Of a stretch of DNA of 64,000 bases, positions 29,789 to 41,105 are shown piece by piece (position 1 is the first letter of the stretch; each line of letters opens with the position of its first letter). The notes under the pieces are model-generated. The model was not told where the DNA came from, did not search any database, and saw only the letters and a program-made list of their open reading frames with translations. Source of the DNA: Candidatus Omnitrophota bacterium (GTDB taxonomy: Bacteria > Omnitrophota > Gorgyraeia > Gygaellales > Profunditerraquicolaceae); contig JAQUMX010000003.1 in NCBI GenBank assembly GCA_028717885.1, positions 7,903-71,902 of the forward strand. Direction: 5' to 3'. The position numbers and the translations under genes were made by a program.

Positions 29789-30658
29789 TTAAAGTGAGGC
29801 TGCGTCTAAAACTTTAGGTACTAGCTTATCCCAGCCAATCGGCATCAAATGAATGCCCTGGCACATTGGTTTTAATTCTTTGATCAAGCGCGCGGCAATC
29901 TCGATACTGGTTGCAGCCTTGTCTTTAGTCTCTTGCATTTCTTTAATTAAAGCTTCCGGAACGGAAACTCCGGCAACATTCTGGTTCATATATTTTGCCA
30001 TGCCGGCGGATTTCAATAAAACGATTCCCCCCATGATCGTAGTCTTCAAATGTTTGGTTTTTTGCAGAAAATTTTCAAAAAGCTTAATGTCATAGACTGC
30101 CTGGGTCTGGAAAAATTCAGCGCCCGCAGCGATTTTTTTCTCCATTTTAATAATCTGCGGTTCAAGAGGGTCTGCTCCGGGATTTACCACTGCGCCCATA
30201 CAAAATTTTGGCGCTTCGCCCAACAATTTATTGCCTTTCATATCCGTACCCTGCTGAAGGATTTTTGCCACTTGTAACAATTGCACGGAATCCAGGTCAA
30301 AGACCGGTTTTGCTTCCGGATGGTCGCCAAGCGCAGGATGGTCGCCGGTTAAAATCAAAAGGTTTTCAATGCCGAAACTTGCTGCGGAAAGAATATCGGA
30401 TTGTAATGCCAAACGGTTCCTGTCGCGGCAGGTAATCTGATAGATCGGCTCAAAACCGTTTTGCTTTAATAAAACGCAAACGCCTAAAGAACCCAAGCGC
30501 ATTACCGAACTCTGCAGGTCGGTCACATTAATTGCGTCAACACGCTTACGGATCAATTCTGCGTCTTCCAATAATTGCTTGGTTTCAATGCCTTTTGGCG
30601 GGCCGATCTCTGAGGTTAACAAAAACTTCCCAGCTTGAATTTTTTCTTTGAAGGTCAT
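29789..30658 (-). CDS. metF: methylenetetrahydrofolate reductase (MetF family)
   Basis: 289 aa with a MetF-like TIM-barrel sequence (TSEIGPPKG, ITCRDRN, LILTGD). It lies 1 nt upstream of acsB. Confidence 0.85.
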   Translation of the reverse strand: MTFKEKIQAGKFLLTSEIGPPKGIETKQLLEDAELIRKRVDAINVTDLQSSVMRLGSLGVCVLLKQNGFEPIYQITCRDRNRLALQSDILSAASFGIENLLILTGDHPALGDHPEAKPVFDLDSVQLLQVAKILQQGTDMKGNKLLGEAPKFCMGAVVNPGADPLEPQIIKMEKKIAAGAEFFQTQAVYDIKLFENFLQKTKHLKTTIMGGIVLLKSAGMAKYMNQNVAGVSVPEALIKEMQETKDKAATSIEIAARLIKELKPMCQGIHLMPIGWDKLVPKVLDAASL

Positions 30659-30662
30659 TTGA

Positions 30663-30992
30663 TTACCACTTTTTAAAGATAAAGAAAACTGCCGCTAGGA
30701 TTAGCAAGAAGCCTACGGCGTAATTCCATTTGAATTCTTCTTTTAAATACAGTACGGAAAAAACCGTAAAAACTACCAAAGTAATTACTTCCTGGATGGT
30801 TTTTAGCTGCGCCGCAGTAAACCTATAAGAACCGATGCGGTTTGCCGGCACTTGAAAACAATATTCCGCAAAAGCAATCAACCAGCTCACCAGAACTACA
30901 ATCCAGAGCGGCGAGTTTTTAAACTTCAGGTGGCCGTACCAGGCAAAAGTCATAAAAACATTGGAAATCGTCAAAAGAACAATCGTGCGCAT
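30663..30992 (-). CDS. small DMT-superfamily membrane protein (DUF486-like)
   Basis: 109 aa with four hydrophobic helices. The N-terminal FMTFAWYGHLKF motif matches the DUF486 family as I recall it. Confidence 0.65.
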   Translation of the reverse strand: MRTIVLLTISNVFMTFAWYGHLKFKNSPLWIVVLVSWLIAFAEYCFQVPANRIGSYRFTAAQLKTIQEVITLVVFTVFSVLYLKEEFKWNYAVGFLLILAAVFFIFKKW

Positions 30993-31838
30993 CTAAGCTT
31001 GCTGTAATTTCGCAGCCTCTACCAAGTTGCGCATCAGCATAGTCACAGTCAAAGGCCCTACTCCTCCGGGAACCGGAGTAATTTGAGCAGCCTTCTTTTC
31101 TGCGGGCTCAAATTCTACGTCACCGACTATTTTTTCAGCTACGCGGTTAATCCCCACATCGATAACAATTGCCCCATCTTTTACCCAATCGCCTTTGATT
31201 AATCCGGCTTTTCCTACTGCCACAATCAAGATTTCTGCTTTACGCACATGTTCTTCTAATTTCCCCGCCTTGGAAGTACCAATATGGCAAACAGTAACCG
31301 TAGCGAATTTTTCCAGCAATAAAAGGGCTAGGGGCTTGCCCACGATTTCACTATGCCCGACCACCACTACTTCTTTACCGTATAAGTCCGCGCCGCTAGC
31401 AGATAGCAACTCCATTACTGCCGCAGCTGTACAAGGCAGGATTTTCGCCTTTCCAAAAATAATCTTACCTATATTAGCCGGATGCATCCCTTCTACGTCT
31501 TTTTCCGGAGCAATAAATGCACTGATTTTCTTGTAATCGATGCCTTGTGGTAACGGCATCTGGATAATGATTCCGTTTGTTGCTTTGTCTGCATTTAGCT
31601 TCTTAATAAATTCGATTAGGGCACTTTCTTGCGTATCGCCGGGTAATTTCTCTAAATTATATTCGATACCTAAAGCTTCTGCGGCTTTTTTCTGCGACTT
31701 GGTATAGCTTTCTGCACCGGCATTCTCTCCGACCATCACACTTGCTAAAACCGGTTTATTTTTTAGTGTCGCGATTTCCTGCTTGATCCCTTCCTTAATC
31801 GTCTCTGCTAAAGGCTTACCCTCTAATAATTTTGCCAA
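30993..31838 (-). CDS. folD: bifunctional methylene-THF dehydrogenase / methenyl-THF cyclohydrolase
   Basis: GIIIQMPLP, VVGHSEIVGKPLA and PVPGGVGPLT motifs. 281 aa. Confidence 0.95.
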   Translation of the reverse strand: MAKLLEGKPLAETIKEGIKQEIATLKNKPVLASVMVGENAGAESYTKSQKKAAEALGIEYNLEKLPGDTQESALIEFIKKLNADKATNGIIIQMPLPQGIDYKKISAFIAPEKDVEGMHPANIGKIIFGKAKILPCTAAAVMELLSASGADLYGKEVVVVGHSEIVGKPLALLLLEKFATVTVCHIGTSKAGKLEEHVRKAEILIVAVGKAGLIKGDWVKDGAIVIDVGINRVAEKIVGDVEFEPAEKKAAQITPVPGGVGPLTVTMLMRNLVEAAKLQQA

Positions 31839-32379
31839 CTTTCTCCTCCATGAGATGCCTTATCCGCTTAATCCTTTTTTCTTTCTCTTGCAGCTCTTTC
31901 CTGATTTTTCCGGCTAATTTCTCATCCTTAAGGCCTTTTAAATTTATCTCCACATTGAAACTAGCGCTCACGAAACCTGCCTCCAAAAGCACTGCTGCCA
32001 CAGCTACATCGCTAATTAAATTAACATTGCTTTTGCGGATCAATGGAGGGCAAAGTTTTATCCCCTCAAAACAGAGGCGCGCGGTCATAAAAGGAATATT
32101 CAAAGCATCATTAAGATTTTTACTTTTGTAAGCTATCACATCTAAATCAACCAGCTCAAGGAATCTTTTGCTTAGCTGTTCGGAGCTAGCCAGTATTTTC
32201 TGCAGTTCTTCTTCATACTCTGAGTACTTCGGCTTACCCAAAGTAAAATTAAGCACCATACTAATCAACGCTGCTCCCATTGCCGCAGTCAAAGCAGCTA
32301 CAGAGCCGCCTCCGGGAGCAGGGAGCTTTGCCCCTAAATCCGCAAGGTATTTTTCTATCGAAACATCTTTATACATCAT
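31816..32379 (-). CDS. cyclodeaminase/cyclohydrolase family protein (FTCD C-terminal domain; FchA-like)
   Basis: PAPGGGSVAALTAAMGAALISMV motif typical of this all-helical family. 187 aa. Overlaps the folD start by 23 nt. Confidence 0.75.
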   Translation of the reverse strand: MMYKDVSIEKYLADLGAKLPAPGGGSVAALTAAMGAALISMVLNFTLGKPKYSEYEEELQKILASSEQLSKRFLELVDLDVIAYKSKNLNDALNIPFMTARLCFEGIKLCPPLIRKSNVNLISDVAVAAVLLEAGFVSASFNVEINLKGLKDEKLAGKIRKELQEKEKRIKRIRHLMEEKVGKIIRG

Positions 32380-32380
32380 C

Positions 32381-32767
32381 TTAATAACTATAACCCTCCT
32401 CTAAAGCAAAAGCGTTTTTGATCAACTTACTCTCTTTTTTTTCTTCGCTAAGCAACACAGACACCACATCGAATCTTGCCCTTTTACCTAAGAGATTATG
32501 GTTCTTTAAAAATAAAAGAGCGGCGCGGGAAGCGTGTCTTTGTTTCTTCGGCGTAACCGATTCCTCCGGAAAACCGACTTTAAGGCTTTGGCGCGTCTTA
32601 ACCTCTACAAAACAGATTGTGTCCGCTTCCCAGGCGATAATATCGATTTCGCCGGATTTAGTGCGAAAATTCCTGGTAATGATCCGGTAGCCGTTTCTGC
32701 GCAATAAATCAACTGCGATATCTTCACCGGAATTTCCCAGCTCTAAATTTAGCTTAGACACCGTCAA
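32381..32767 (-). CDS. YraN-family (UPF0102) endonuclease-like protein
   Basis: GEIDIIA...FVEVKTR core. 128 aa. Confidence 0.8.
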   Translation of the reverse strand: MTVSKLNLELGNSGEDIAVDLLRRNGYRIITRNFRTKSGEIDIIAWEADTICFVEVKTRQSLKVGFPEESVTPKKQRHASRAALLFLKNHNLLGKRARFDVVSVLLSEEKKESKLIKNAFALEEGYSY

Positions 32768-33356
32768 AACTCATCCTGTGGATAGCAGAAGCGCCGAATT
32801 TCTTTAAGGCGTCTCTATGCTCTAAGGTAGGGTAACCTTTATGCCGTAAAAAACCATAAACCGGATAAAGACGGTCATACAAAACCATGATCCGGTCACG
32901 CACTACCTTGGCAACAATAGAAGCAGAAGCGATACTGATCGAACGGGAATCCCCTTTTATAATATTGGTATATTCTATGCCCAGGTTCAGTTTTACTGTC
33001 CCGTCAACCAGGATATGGCATCCTTTGCCCTGGTTTACCCCGCAATTATACAGGAGGTTTAATACCGCTTCCTCCATTGCCATTGTGGTAGCTACCAGGA
33101 TATTTTTGCGGTCAATTATCTTTTCGTTTACGATGCCAATGCCAAATACGGACTTACGGATAATCTCCTTAAAGGCATTCTCTCTTTGCAAAGAACTAAG
33201 CTTCTTCGAATCGTCAATACGGTTGGAAAAATTTATTTCCTTTAAAACCACTGCCGCAGCTACTACCGGACCGGCTAAAGGGCCACGGCCCACTTCATCA
33301 ACGCCAATGATCAATTCTATGCCTCTACTTTGCAGCTTGCGCTCGTAGTAGAACAC
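32754..33356 (-). CDS. rnhB: ribonuclease HII
   Basis: GVDEVGRGPLAGPVV active-site motif. 200 aa. Confidence 0.9.
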   Translation of the reverse strand: MFYYERKLQSRGIELIIGVDEVGRGPLAGPVVAAAVVLKEINFSNRIDDSKKLSSLQRENAFKEIIRKSVFGIGIVNEKIIDRKNILVATTMAMEEAVLNLLYNCGVNQGKGCHILVDGTVKLNLGIEYTNIIKGDSRSISIASASIVAKVVRDRIMVLYDRLYPVYGFLRHKGYPTLEHRDALKKFGASAIHRMSFDGV

Positions 33357-33358
33357 TT

Positions 33359-33721
33359 TTATTTAGGCAGTTTTTCTTCTTTTGACTCGATCTTAGTGGC
33401 GCGTTTACCTACCTTGCCGCGCAGGTAATAAAGCTTTGCGCGTTTGACCTTGCCTGAACGGATAATTTCGATCCGGTCGATACTCGGCGAATACAACGGG
33501 AAAACGCGTTCGATCCCCTCGCCAAAAGAAACCTTACGTACGGTAAAATTTTCTTTTGTGCCGCTTCCTTTTTTGCAGATCACTACCCCCTCAAAAGGAT
33601 GCAGCCTCACTTTGTCCGGAGCTTCCGGAATCTTAACCAATACTTTTACCGTATCGCCAACGTTAAATTTCGGCATTTGTTTATTGGTATACTGGGCTTC
33701 GATAAGTTTCATTTTATCCAT
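33359..33721 (-). CDS. rplS: 50S ribosomal protein L19
   Basis: FNVGDTVKV...FEGVVI...RKVS.GEGIERVFPLYSP pattern. Lies downstream of trmD. Confidence 0.95.
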   Translation of the reverse strand: MDKMKLIEAQYTNKQMPKFNVGDTVKVLVKIPEAPDKVRLHPFEGVVICKKGSGTKENFTVRKVSFGEGIERVFPLYSPSIDRIEIIRSGKVKRAKLYYLRGKVGKRATKIESKEEKLPK

Positions 33722-33795
33722 TTTGTGTTACTCCTTTCGCCGCAGAAAGCGGCGCACCCGCCACTCCTGTATGGCGGCGTGCATACTATTGTTGG

Positions 33796-35615
<1,820 letters not shown>

Positions 35616-36620
35616 CTATATCACCAACATACAATCGCCGTAGCTGTAAAAACGGTATTTTTCTTCGATTGCTTTTCTGTAAGCCTCTTTTGCCAAATCT
35701 GCCCCCACAAAAGCATGCACCAACATCAGCAAAGTCGTACCAGGCAGATGAAAATTCGTGAGTAAGCAGTCTACAATTTTAAATTTATACCCCGGATAAA
35801 TAAAAAGGTCTGCCTCTCCTTCTTTTTTTCCTGCGGCAAAAGTTTCCAATGCCCGGCAAACTGTAGTGCCTACTGCCAAGGTTAAGCGATTCTTGCTGCG
35901 CGTTTTCGCAATCAAATCAATAGTTTCTTCCGGGACCTTAAAAGCCTCAGGCTCTATCCTGTGCTGAGTAATGTCGTCGGATTTTACCGGCTTAAAAGTA
36001 CCAATCCCGACGTGCAAAGTAATATGCGCGATTTTAATCCCGGATGCTTGGATATCTTCAAGTAATCCTTTACTAAAATGCAATCCTGCCGTAGGGGATG
36101 CAATTGCCCCGGCTTCTTTGGCAAAAACCGTCTGATAATCGATATTGTCGCTGGCCTCGGGGTTACGTTTAATATACGGCGGCAAGGGCATAACGCCCAA
36201 TGAATAGATACTTTCTATATCCGGCAAATCAAAAGTCAACTCATTGCGGTTACTTAAAGTTCCAAAGGCGCTATTGCCGTTAAAAATTATTTTTTCCCCG
36301 ATTTTTAAGCGCGCCGGCTTGATTAAAGCATCAAAGGTCAAACCACTTTTGCGCTTTAAAAGCAAAACTTCAACCTTGCCTCCGCTAGAGCGCCTCCCCA
36401 ATAGCCGGCTGGGCAGGACCTTGGTATTGTTCAGCACAAACAAATCATCCGGCTTAAAAAATCCGGCGATTTCCTTAAAAACCCGGTGCTCGATTTTACC
36501 GGTTTTGCGCGACACCACCAACATCCTGGCATCTTCGCGTTTTGCACATGGATATTGCGCAATTAATTCTTTAGGTAAATTATATTCGAAATCAGAAAGT
36601 TTTAGCAAGATAAGACACAA
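35616..36620 (-). CDS. queA: S-adenosylmethionine:tRNA ribosyltransferase-isomerase
   Basis: LSDFEYNLPKELIAQYP N-terminus and a C-terminal YRFYSYGDCMLV motif. 334 aa. Confidence 0.95.
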   Translation of the reverse strand: MCLILLKLSDFEYNLPKELIAQYPCAKREDARMLVVSRKTGKIEHRVFKEIAGFFKPDDLFVLNNTKVLPSRLLGRRSSGGKVEVLLLKRKSGLTFDALIKPARLKIGEKIIFNGNSAFGTLSNRNELTFDLPDIESIYSLGVMPLPPYIKRNPEASDNIDYQTVFAKEAGAIASPTAGLHFSKGLLEDIQASGIKIAHITLHVGIGTFKPVKSDDITQHRIEPEAFKVPEETIDLIAKTRSKNRLTLAVGTTVCRALETFAAGKKEGEADLFIYPGYKFKIVDCLLTNFHLPGTTLLMLVHAFVGADLAKEAYRKAIEEKYRFYSYGDCMLVI

Positions 36621-37758
36621 CCTCTGGGGTTAAATCATCGCAGGAAAAAATGGCTATGCCGTCGGGATTAAGGCCGCGCACTATTTCATACTGTTCCTGG
36701 AAAATGCTTAAGCTATCCTTCATTAAAAATAGGCCCATTCCTACAAAGACTCTTCCTTTTTGCCGCTGGGCCAAAGCAGACCTGACCATTTCTTTAGTTA
36801 ATTGCTCATCCGGCGTATAATTCATTAAAACCACATAATCTAAAGCTCCTTCTTCCAGCCAGAGCGGCCAATCCTGGAATAAACTAGCATATGCCCGCTC
36901 CGCAGACGGTACTACGGCAGCAGAAACCAGCATCTGGGGGTTTTGAAGTTTAATGTGCTTGGAAATCCTTCTTACCAGGCTGCTAACTTGTTGCCTTCGC
37001 CAATTATCCCACTCCAGGCATTGCTTGTCGGTTTTTAATCCATTCAACGGATCAATCCCGGCCAAAGAAGAAAAATGCTCGAGATTCTTTTTACCGTAGC
37101 CATAACTTAATCCGAACTTATTGAATTTAGAGCTGGGAATAAAAGGCACGGTCATCGGGTAACGCACGTAATCCAGGTGAAAACCGCTAAATAAAGGATA
37201 GCGCTTGCTAATTTCTTCGACGATAGCAATCAAAAACCTTGCTACTCTGGGGTCTCCCGGCTCGAGAAAATACTGGTCCTCCCTTAAATAATATTTATCC
37301 GATTCCAGCGGTTTTTCCTTCCCGGAGGGCCGTAAATATTGATCACGGGTGAGAATACCCTTGCCGAATTTTTTTACGATATCGGCATCCGTATTCTGCC
37401 CCAGGCTTAAAAGATTAACCCAGGCAAATACCTTAATATTATTCTCCTTTGCCTGTTTTAATAAAAAATCTATCGGGTCAGCTTGGTCCTTCTGCAGCAT
37501 TTCCCGGTATTTTGACTGGTCTAGAATTACGGAATTATAATAAGCCTTGCCCGACTGATAAACCTGTAGATAGATTTCATTAATTTTTGCCTCTTTGCAC
37601 AAATTGATAAGCTCTAGCGCCGCCTTTTTTGAATAGAGCGCTTTTTTCTGGGAGAAGACAGTCACCCAGACGCCGCGGCTGGTTTCCTTTGGCTGCGCAA
37701 AAACAGGATGCAGGAAAGAATAAAATAAAACAAAAAATAATAACGCTTTTTTAATCAT
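36592..37758 (-). CDS. secreted glycosyl-hydrolase-like family 10 (GHL10/DUF187) protein
   Basis: Signal peptide (ALLFFVLFYSFLHPVFA) followed by an RGVWVTVF...IYLQV...AWVN TIM-barrel-like pattern. The family call is from memory, not a search. Confidence 0.6.
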   Translation of the reverse strand: MIKKALLFFVLFYSFLHPVFAQPKETSRGVWVTVFSQKKALYSKKAALELINLCKEAKINEIYLQVYQSGKAYYNSVILDQSKYREMLQKDQADPIDFLLKQAKENNIKVFAWVNLLSLGQNTDADIVKKFGKGILTRDQYLRPSGKEKPLESDKYYLREDQYFLEPGDPRVARFLIAIVEEISKRYPLFSGFHLDYVRYPMTVPFIPSSKFNKFGLSYGYGKKNLEHFSSLAGIDPLNGLKTDKQCLEWDNWRRQQVSSLVRRISKHIKLQNPQMLVSAAVVPSAERAYASLFQDWPLWLEEGALDYVVLMNYTPDEQLTKEMVRSALAQRQKGRVFVGMGLFLMKDSLSIFQEQYEIVRGLNPDGIAIFSCDDLTPEVVSYLAKTF

Positions 37759-37778
37759 TATTTTTACCGGATAAAAAA

Positions 37779-38312
37779 TTATTTATGTTTTTTATGACTT
37801 GAGGCCTCGGAATGGATACAGCCGCAATATTTCTGGCAATAGATACCCTTTTGCCTGGCCTCATTATGGGCATCCCTGTAACCGATACGGAAATCTTCGT
37901 AATAAAATTTAATTTTTTCTTGCGCAGCTAAATCTTCCCCGATTTTCTTTAAGGCTTCCTGATCCTGATAGGGGCTAACTAATAGCGTTGTGGAAAAATA
38001 TTCGAACTGCCTGAGCTTTGCTTCCTGAGCGGTTTTTTTAAGCCGGAAATTCCAGCAGCTTAAACATCTTTCTTTGCCCTCTTTGCCTTGTGTCGCCTGC
38101 ACATATTCTTCGGGGCGGTATTGCGGATAAATAATTTCGGCACCCTGTCCCTGGCTATAAATCTCCAACGCCTCTTTTCTCCTTAAATATTCTTCCTGAG
38201 GATAAATATTAGGGTTATAAAAGAACCCGGTAACCGCTGCGCCTTTTTCTTTTAGCGCTTTCAGCGGATAAATTATGCACGGCGCGCAACAAATATGTAA
38301 TAGTATCTTCAT
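37779..38312 (-). CDS. queH: epoxyqueuosine reductase QueH (DUF208)
   Basis: MKILLHICCAPC N-terminal Cys motif plus downstream CLSCW and CGC cysteines. 177 aa. Confidence 0.85.
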   Translation of the reverse strand: MKILLHICCAPCIIYPLKALKEKGAAVTGFFYNPNIYPQEEYLRRKEALEIYSQGQGAEIIYPQYRPEEYVQATQGKEGKERCLSCWNFRLKKTAQEAKLRQFEYFSTTLLVSPYQDQEALKKIGEDLAAQEKIKFYYEDFRIGYRDAHNEARQKGIYCQKYCGCIHSEASSHKKHK

Positions 38313-39382
38313 TTGTCAAATAATTCTGATTGCTTCTCTTTATTCTTTAGCCCGAAGTGCTCAAAGGCCTGCTTTGTGGCTAATCTACCGCGCGAAGTGC
38401 GCTTCAAATATCCTGCCTGCAGTAAAAACGGCTCGATTGTATCTACGATAGTATCGACTTCTTCATTCAAAGTGGCTGCCAATGACTCAACACCCACTGG
38501 CCCTCCCTCATAAATATCGATAATCGTCTTTAAAACCTTGCGGTCATAGTCATCAAGCCCTGCCGGGTCAATCCCTAACTCTTCCAAAGTTTCCCTGGCT
38601 ATTCTTAGGTCAACTTGCTTTAGCCTCTTTACCTGCGCGTAATCCCTGACCCTGCGTAAGAGGCGATTGGCAATCCGCGGTGTGCCGCGGGCGCGCCGTG
38701 CTATTTCATCTGCCGCTTCCGATTCAATCTCTAACCCTAAAATTTTTGCCGAATGTTTAATAATCTTTGCCAAGTCCTCGATCCGGTAAAAATCCAAATG
38801 GTAAAAAATCCCGAACCTGGAACGTAAAGGCGAAGCCAAAAGCCCGGTGCGGGTAGTTGCGCCGATTAAAGTAAAAGGCTTAAGGTTAAATTTGATCGTC
38901 CTGGCGAATTGCCCCTTATCGATCACAAAATCGATCTGGAAATTTTCCATAGCCGGATAAAGGAACTCTTCGACTACTTTGGACAACCGGTGAATCTCGT
39001 CGATAAAAAGGATGTCCCCTTTTTCCAGGTTAGTGAGTATCCCGATCAAATCCCCCGCCCTTTCGATTGCCGGGCCGCTCGTTGCGGTGATCTTTGTGCC
39101 CATTTCATGAGCAACAATATGTGCCAAGGATGTTTTCCCTAAGCCTGGCGGGCCAGAGAAAAGCAAGTGCTCTAACGGCTCTTTTCTTTGCTTGGCTGCG
39201 GTTAAGCAAACCTTTAAATTATCCGCCAGTTCTTTTTGGCCGACAAATTCGGAAAGTTTTTTCGGCCGCAAAGAAAGATTTAAAACTAAATCCTCTTCGG
39301 TTTCATTTTCCGCGTTAAATACCTGCGCCTGTAAAGAGGCATCTTGCGGCTTAATTAGTTTCTCTCTTGTTATTTCGCTCAT
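38309..39382 (-). CDS. ruvB: Holliday junction branch migration helicase RuvB
   Basis: Walker A GPPGLGKTS, Walker B FIDEIHR, and the RGTPRIANRLLRRVRD sensor region. Confidence 0.95.
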   Translation of the reverse strand: MSEITREKLIKPQDASLQAQVFNAENETEEDLVLNLSLRPKKLSEFVGQKELADNLKVCLTAAKQRKEPLEHLLFSGPPGLGKTSLAHIVAHEMGTKITATSGPAIERAGDLIGILTNLEKGDILFIDEIHRLSKVVEEFLYPAMENFQIDFVIDKGQFARTIKFNLKPFTLIGATTRTGLLASPLRSRFGIFYHLDFYRIEDLAKIIKHSAKILGLEIESEAADEIARRARGTPRIANRLLRRVRDYAQVKRLKQVDLRIARETLEELGIDPAGLDDYDRKVLKTIIDIYEGGPVGVESLAATLNEEVDTIVDTIEPFLLQAGYLKRTSRGRLATKQAFEHFGLKNKEKQSELFDK

Positions 39383-40109
39383 AAGGGATAATATTGTTTT
39401 TATTCCTGGTAATTTCTATATCCTCGAAAAGCCCTTTTTGGACAGCCACGATTTCTTTCATCCTGATTAGCTCCAGGATCGCCAAAAAAGTAACGATCGT
39501 TTCGATCTTATTCTTTGCTGCCTTAAATAACTCGGAAATGGCCATGCTCGGCCTTTCCAACAAAAGATGCAAAATCTGGTGTACTTTTTCTTCAATGGTA
39601 AATTCGTCTTTGAACACCTCGTAAAAAACTTCTTTCGGGACTTCTTCCAGGGCTTTGGAAAAAGCGCTGATCAAATCGAAGATGCTTGCTTCAAAATACA
39701 CTTCTTTTTCCTGCGGTATTTGAACAGGGTCCGTGCCTTTCGGCCGTTTAAATACCTCCTGCTGGCCTAATTCCCTCTGGCGTAAAGTTTCCGCCACTTC
39801 CTTGAACTTTTCATATTCCAGGAGCCTGCGCACCAGTTCTGCGCGGGGATCCTCTTCCTCTTCCTGGTTTTCCTGCGGTTCCGCGGGCAAGAGCATCTTG
39901 GATTTAATCTGCATTAAAGTCGCAGCCATCACCAGAAATTCTCCGGCGATATTTAGGTCCAAAAGCTTCATTAGTTCCATATACGCCAAATACTGATCGG
40001 TAACTTTGGCAATCGGAATATCATAGATGTTCAGATGGTCTTTTTTTACCAGATATAACAATAAATCCAGCGGGCCTTCGAAAATTTCTAATTTAATTTT
40101 ATAAGCCAT
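39351..40109 (-). CDS. scpA: segregation and condensation protein A
   Basis: FEGPLDLLLYLVKK N-terminal kleisin motif. 252 aa. Confidence 0.85.
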   Translation of the reverse strand: MAYKIKLEIFEGPLDLLLYLVKKDHLNIYDIPIAKVTDQYLAYMELMKLLDLNIAGEFLVMAATLMQIKSKMLLPAEPQENQEEEEDPRAELVRRLLEYEKFKEVAETLRQRELGQQEVFKRPKGTDPVQIPQEKEVYFEASIFDLISAFSKALEEVPKEVFYEVFKDEFTIEEKVHQILHLLLERPSMAISELFKAAKNKIETIVTFLAILELIRMKEIVAVQKGLFEDIEITRNKNNIIPYERNNKRETN

Positions 40110-41092
40110 TATAATAGGTGCAACACTTTCTTGGCTTCGGCAACCGTTTTCTCGGCGATCGCCAAAGCTTTTTCCTTGCCCTGCTCCAGAATACCAAATA
40201 ATTTATCTTTATTGCTTAAGAGCTCCTTACGCTTTTCCTGTATGGGATTCAAAGTTTGTACTAAAATCTCCGATAGTTCTTTTTTACAATCCGTACAGCC
40301 AATCTCCGCTTTACGGCAGGCAGGGGCGATCTGCTTTGCTCTTTCCGGAGCAAAAACCTCATAATAGCTATGCACATTGCACTTTTCCGGATGCCCGGGG
40401 TCTGTGCGCTTAACCCGTAAAGGGTCGGTAAACATCCCCTGGATTTTTTTCCGGATATCCTTCGGATCCTCGGAAAGCGCGATAAAATTATTGTAACTTT
40501 TGCTCATCTTGCGGCCGTCAAGGCCGAGCAGGCGCGGCTGCTTGGTTAAAAGCGCATCTGGCTCGGGAAAAATTTTTTCTTTATATAAACTGTTGAACCG
40601 TCTGGCGATCTCCCGGGTTAATTCCACGTGCGGAAGCTGATCTTCGCCTACGGGGACTACTTGTGCTTTGTATAATAAAATATCCGCTGCTTGTAAAGCC
40701 GGATATCCCAAGAAACCATAAGTGCTCAAGTCACGACCTTTAACCTCGCGTAATTGTTCTTTATAAGTAGGGCAACGCTCCAGCCACCCTAAAGGAGTGA
40801 GCAAAGAAAATATCATAAACAGTTCCAGGTGCTCTTTGACCTGCGACTGGACGAAGATTGCGCTTTTTTCCGGAGAAATACCGCAAGCAATCCAATCTGC
40901 CAAGTTATCAATGATATTTTCTTTTAGATTCTGCGGGTTTTCGTATTCCGACATCAAAGCATGCCAATCGGCAACCATAAAAAAACAATCATACTGCTCC
41001 TGCAGCTTCACCCAATTATCTAATGCGCCTACCAAATGCCCTAAATGCAATTTTCCCGTAGGGCGCATTCCGCTCAAAATCCTTTTTTTCAT
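40109..41092 (-). CDS. trpS: tryptophan--tRNA ligase
   Basis: GKLHLGH (HIGH-type) and KMSKS motifs. 327 aa. Confidence 0.95.
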   Translation of the reverse strand: MKKRILSGMRPTGKLHLGHLVGALDNWVKLQEQYDCFFMVADWHALMSEYENPQNLKENIIDNLADWIACGISPEKSAIFVQSQVKEHLELFMIFSLLTPLGWLERCPTYKEQLREVKGRDLSTYGFLGYPALQAADILLYKAQVVPVGEDQLPHVELTREIARRFNSLYKEKIFPEPDALLTKQPRLLGLDGRKMSKSYNNFIALSEDPKDIRKKIQGMFTDPLRVKRTDPGHPEKCNVHSYYEVFAPERAKQIAPACRKAEIGCTDCKKELSEILVQTLNPIQEKRKELLSNKDKLFGILEQGKEKALAIAEKTVAEAKKVLHLL

Positions 41093-41105
41093 TTTAAATT
41101 TTTAC

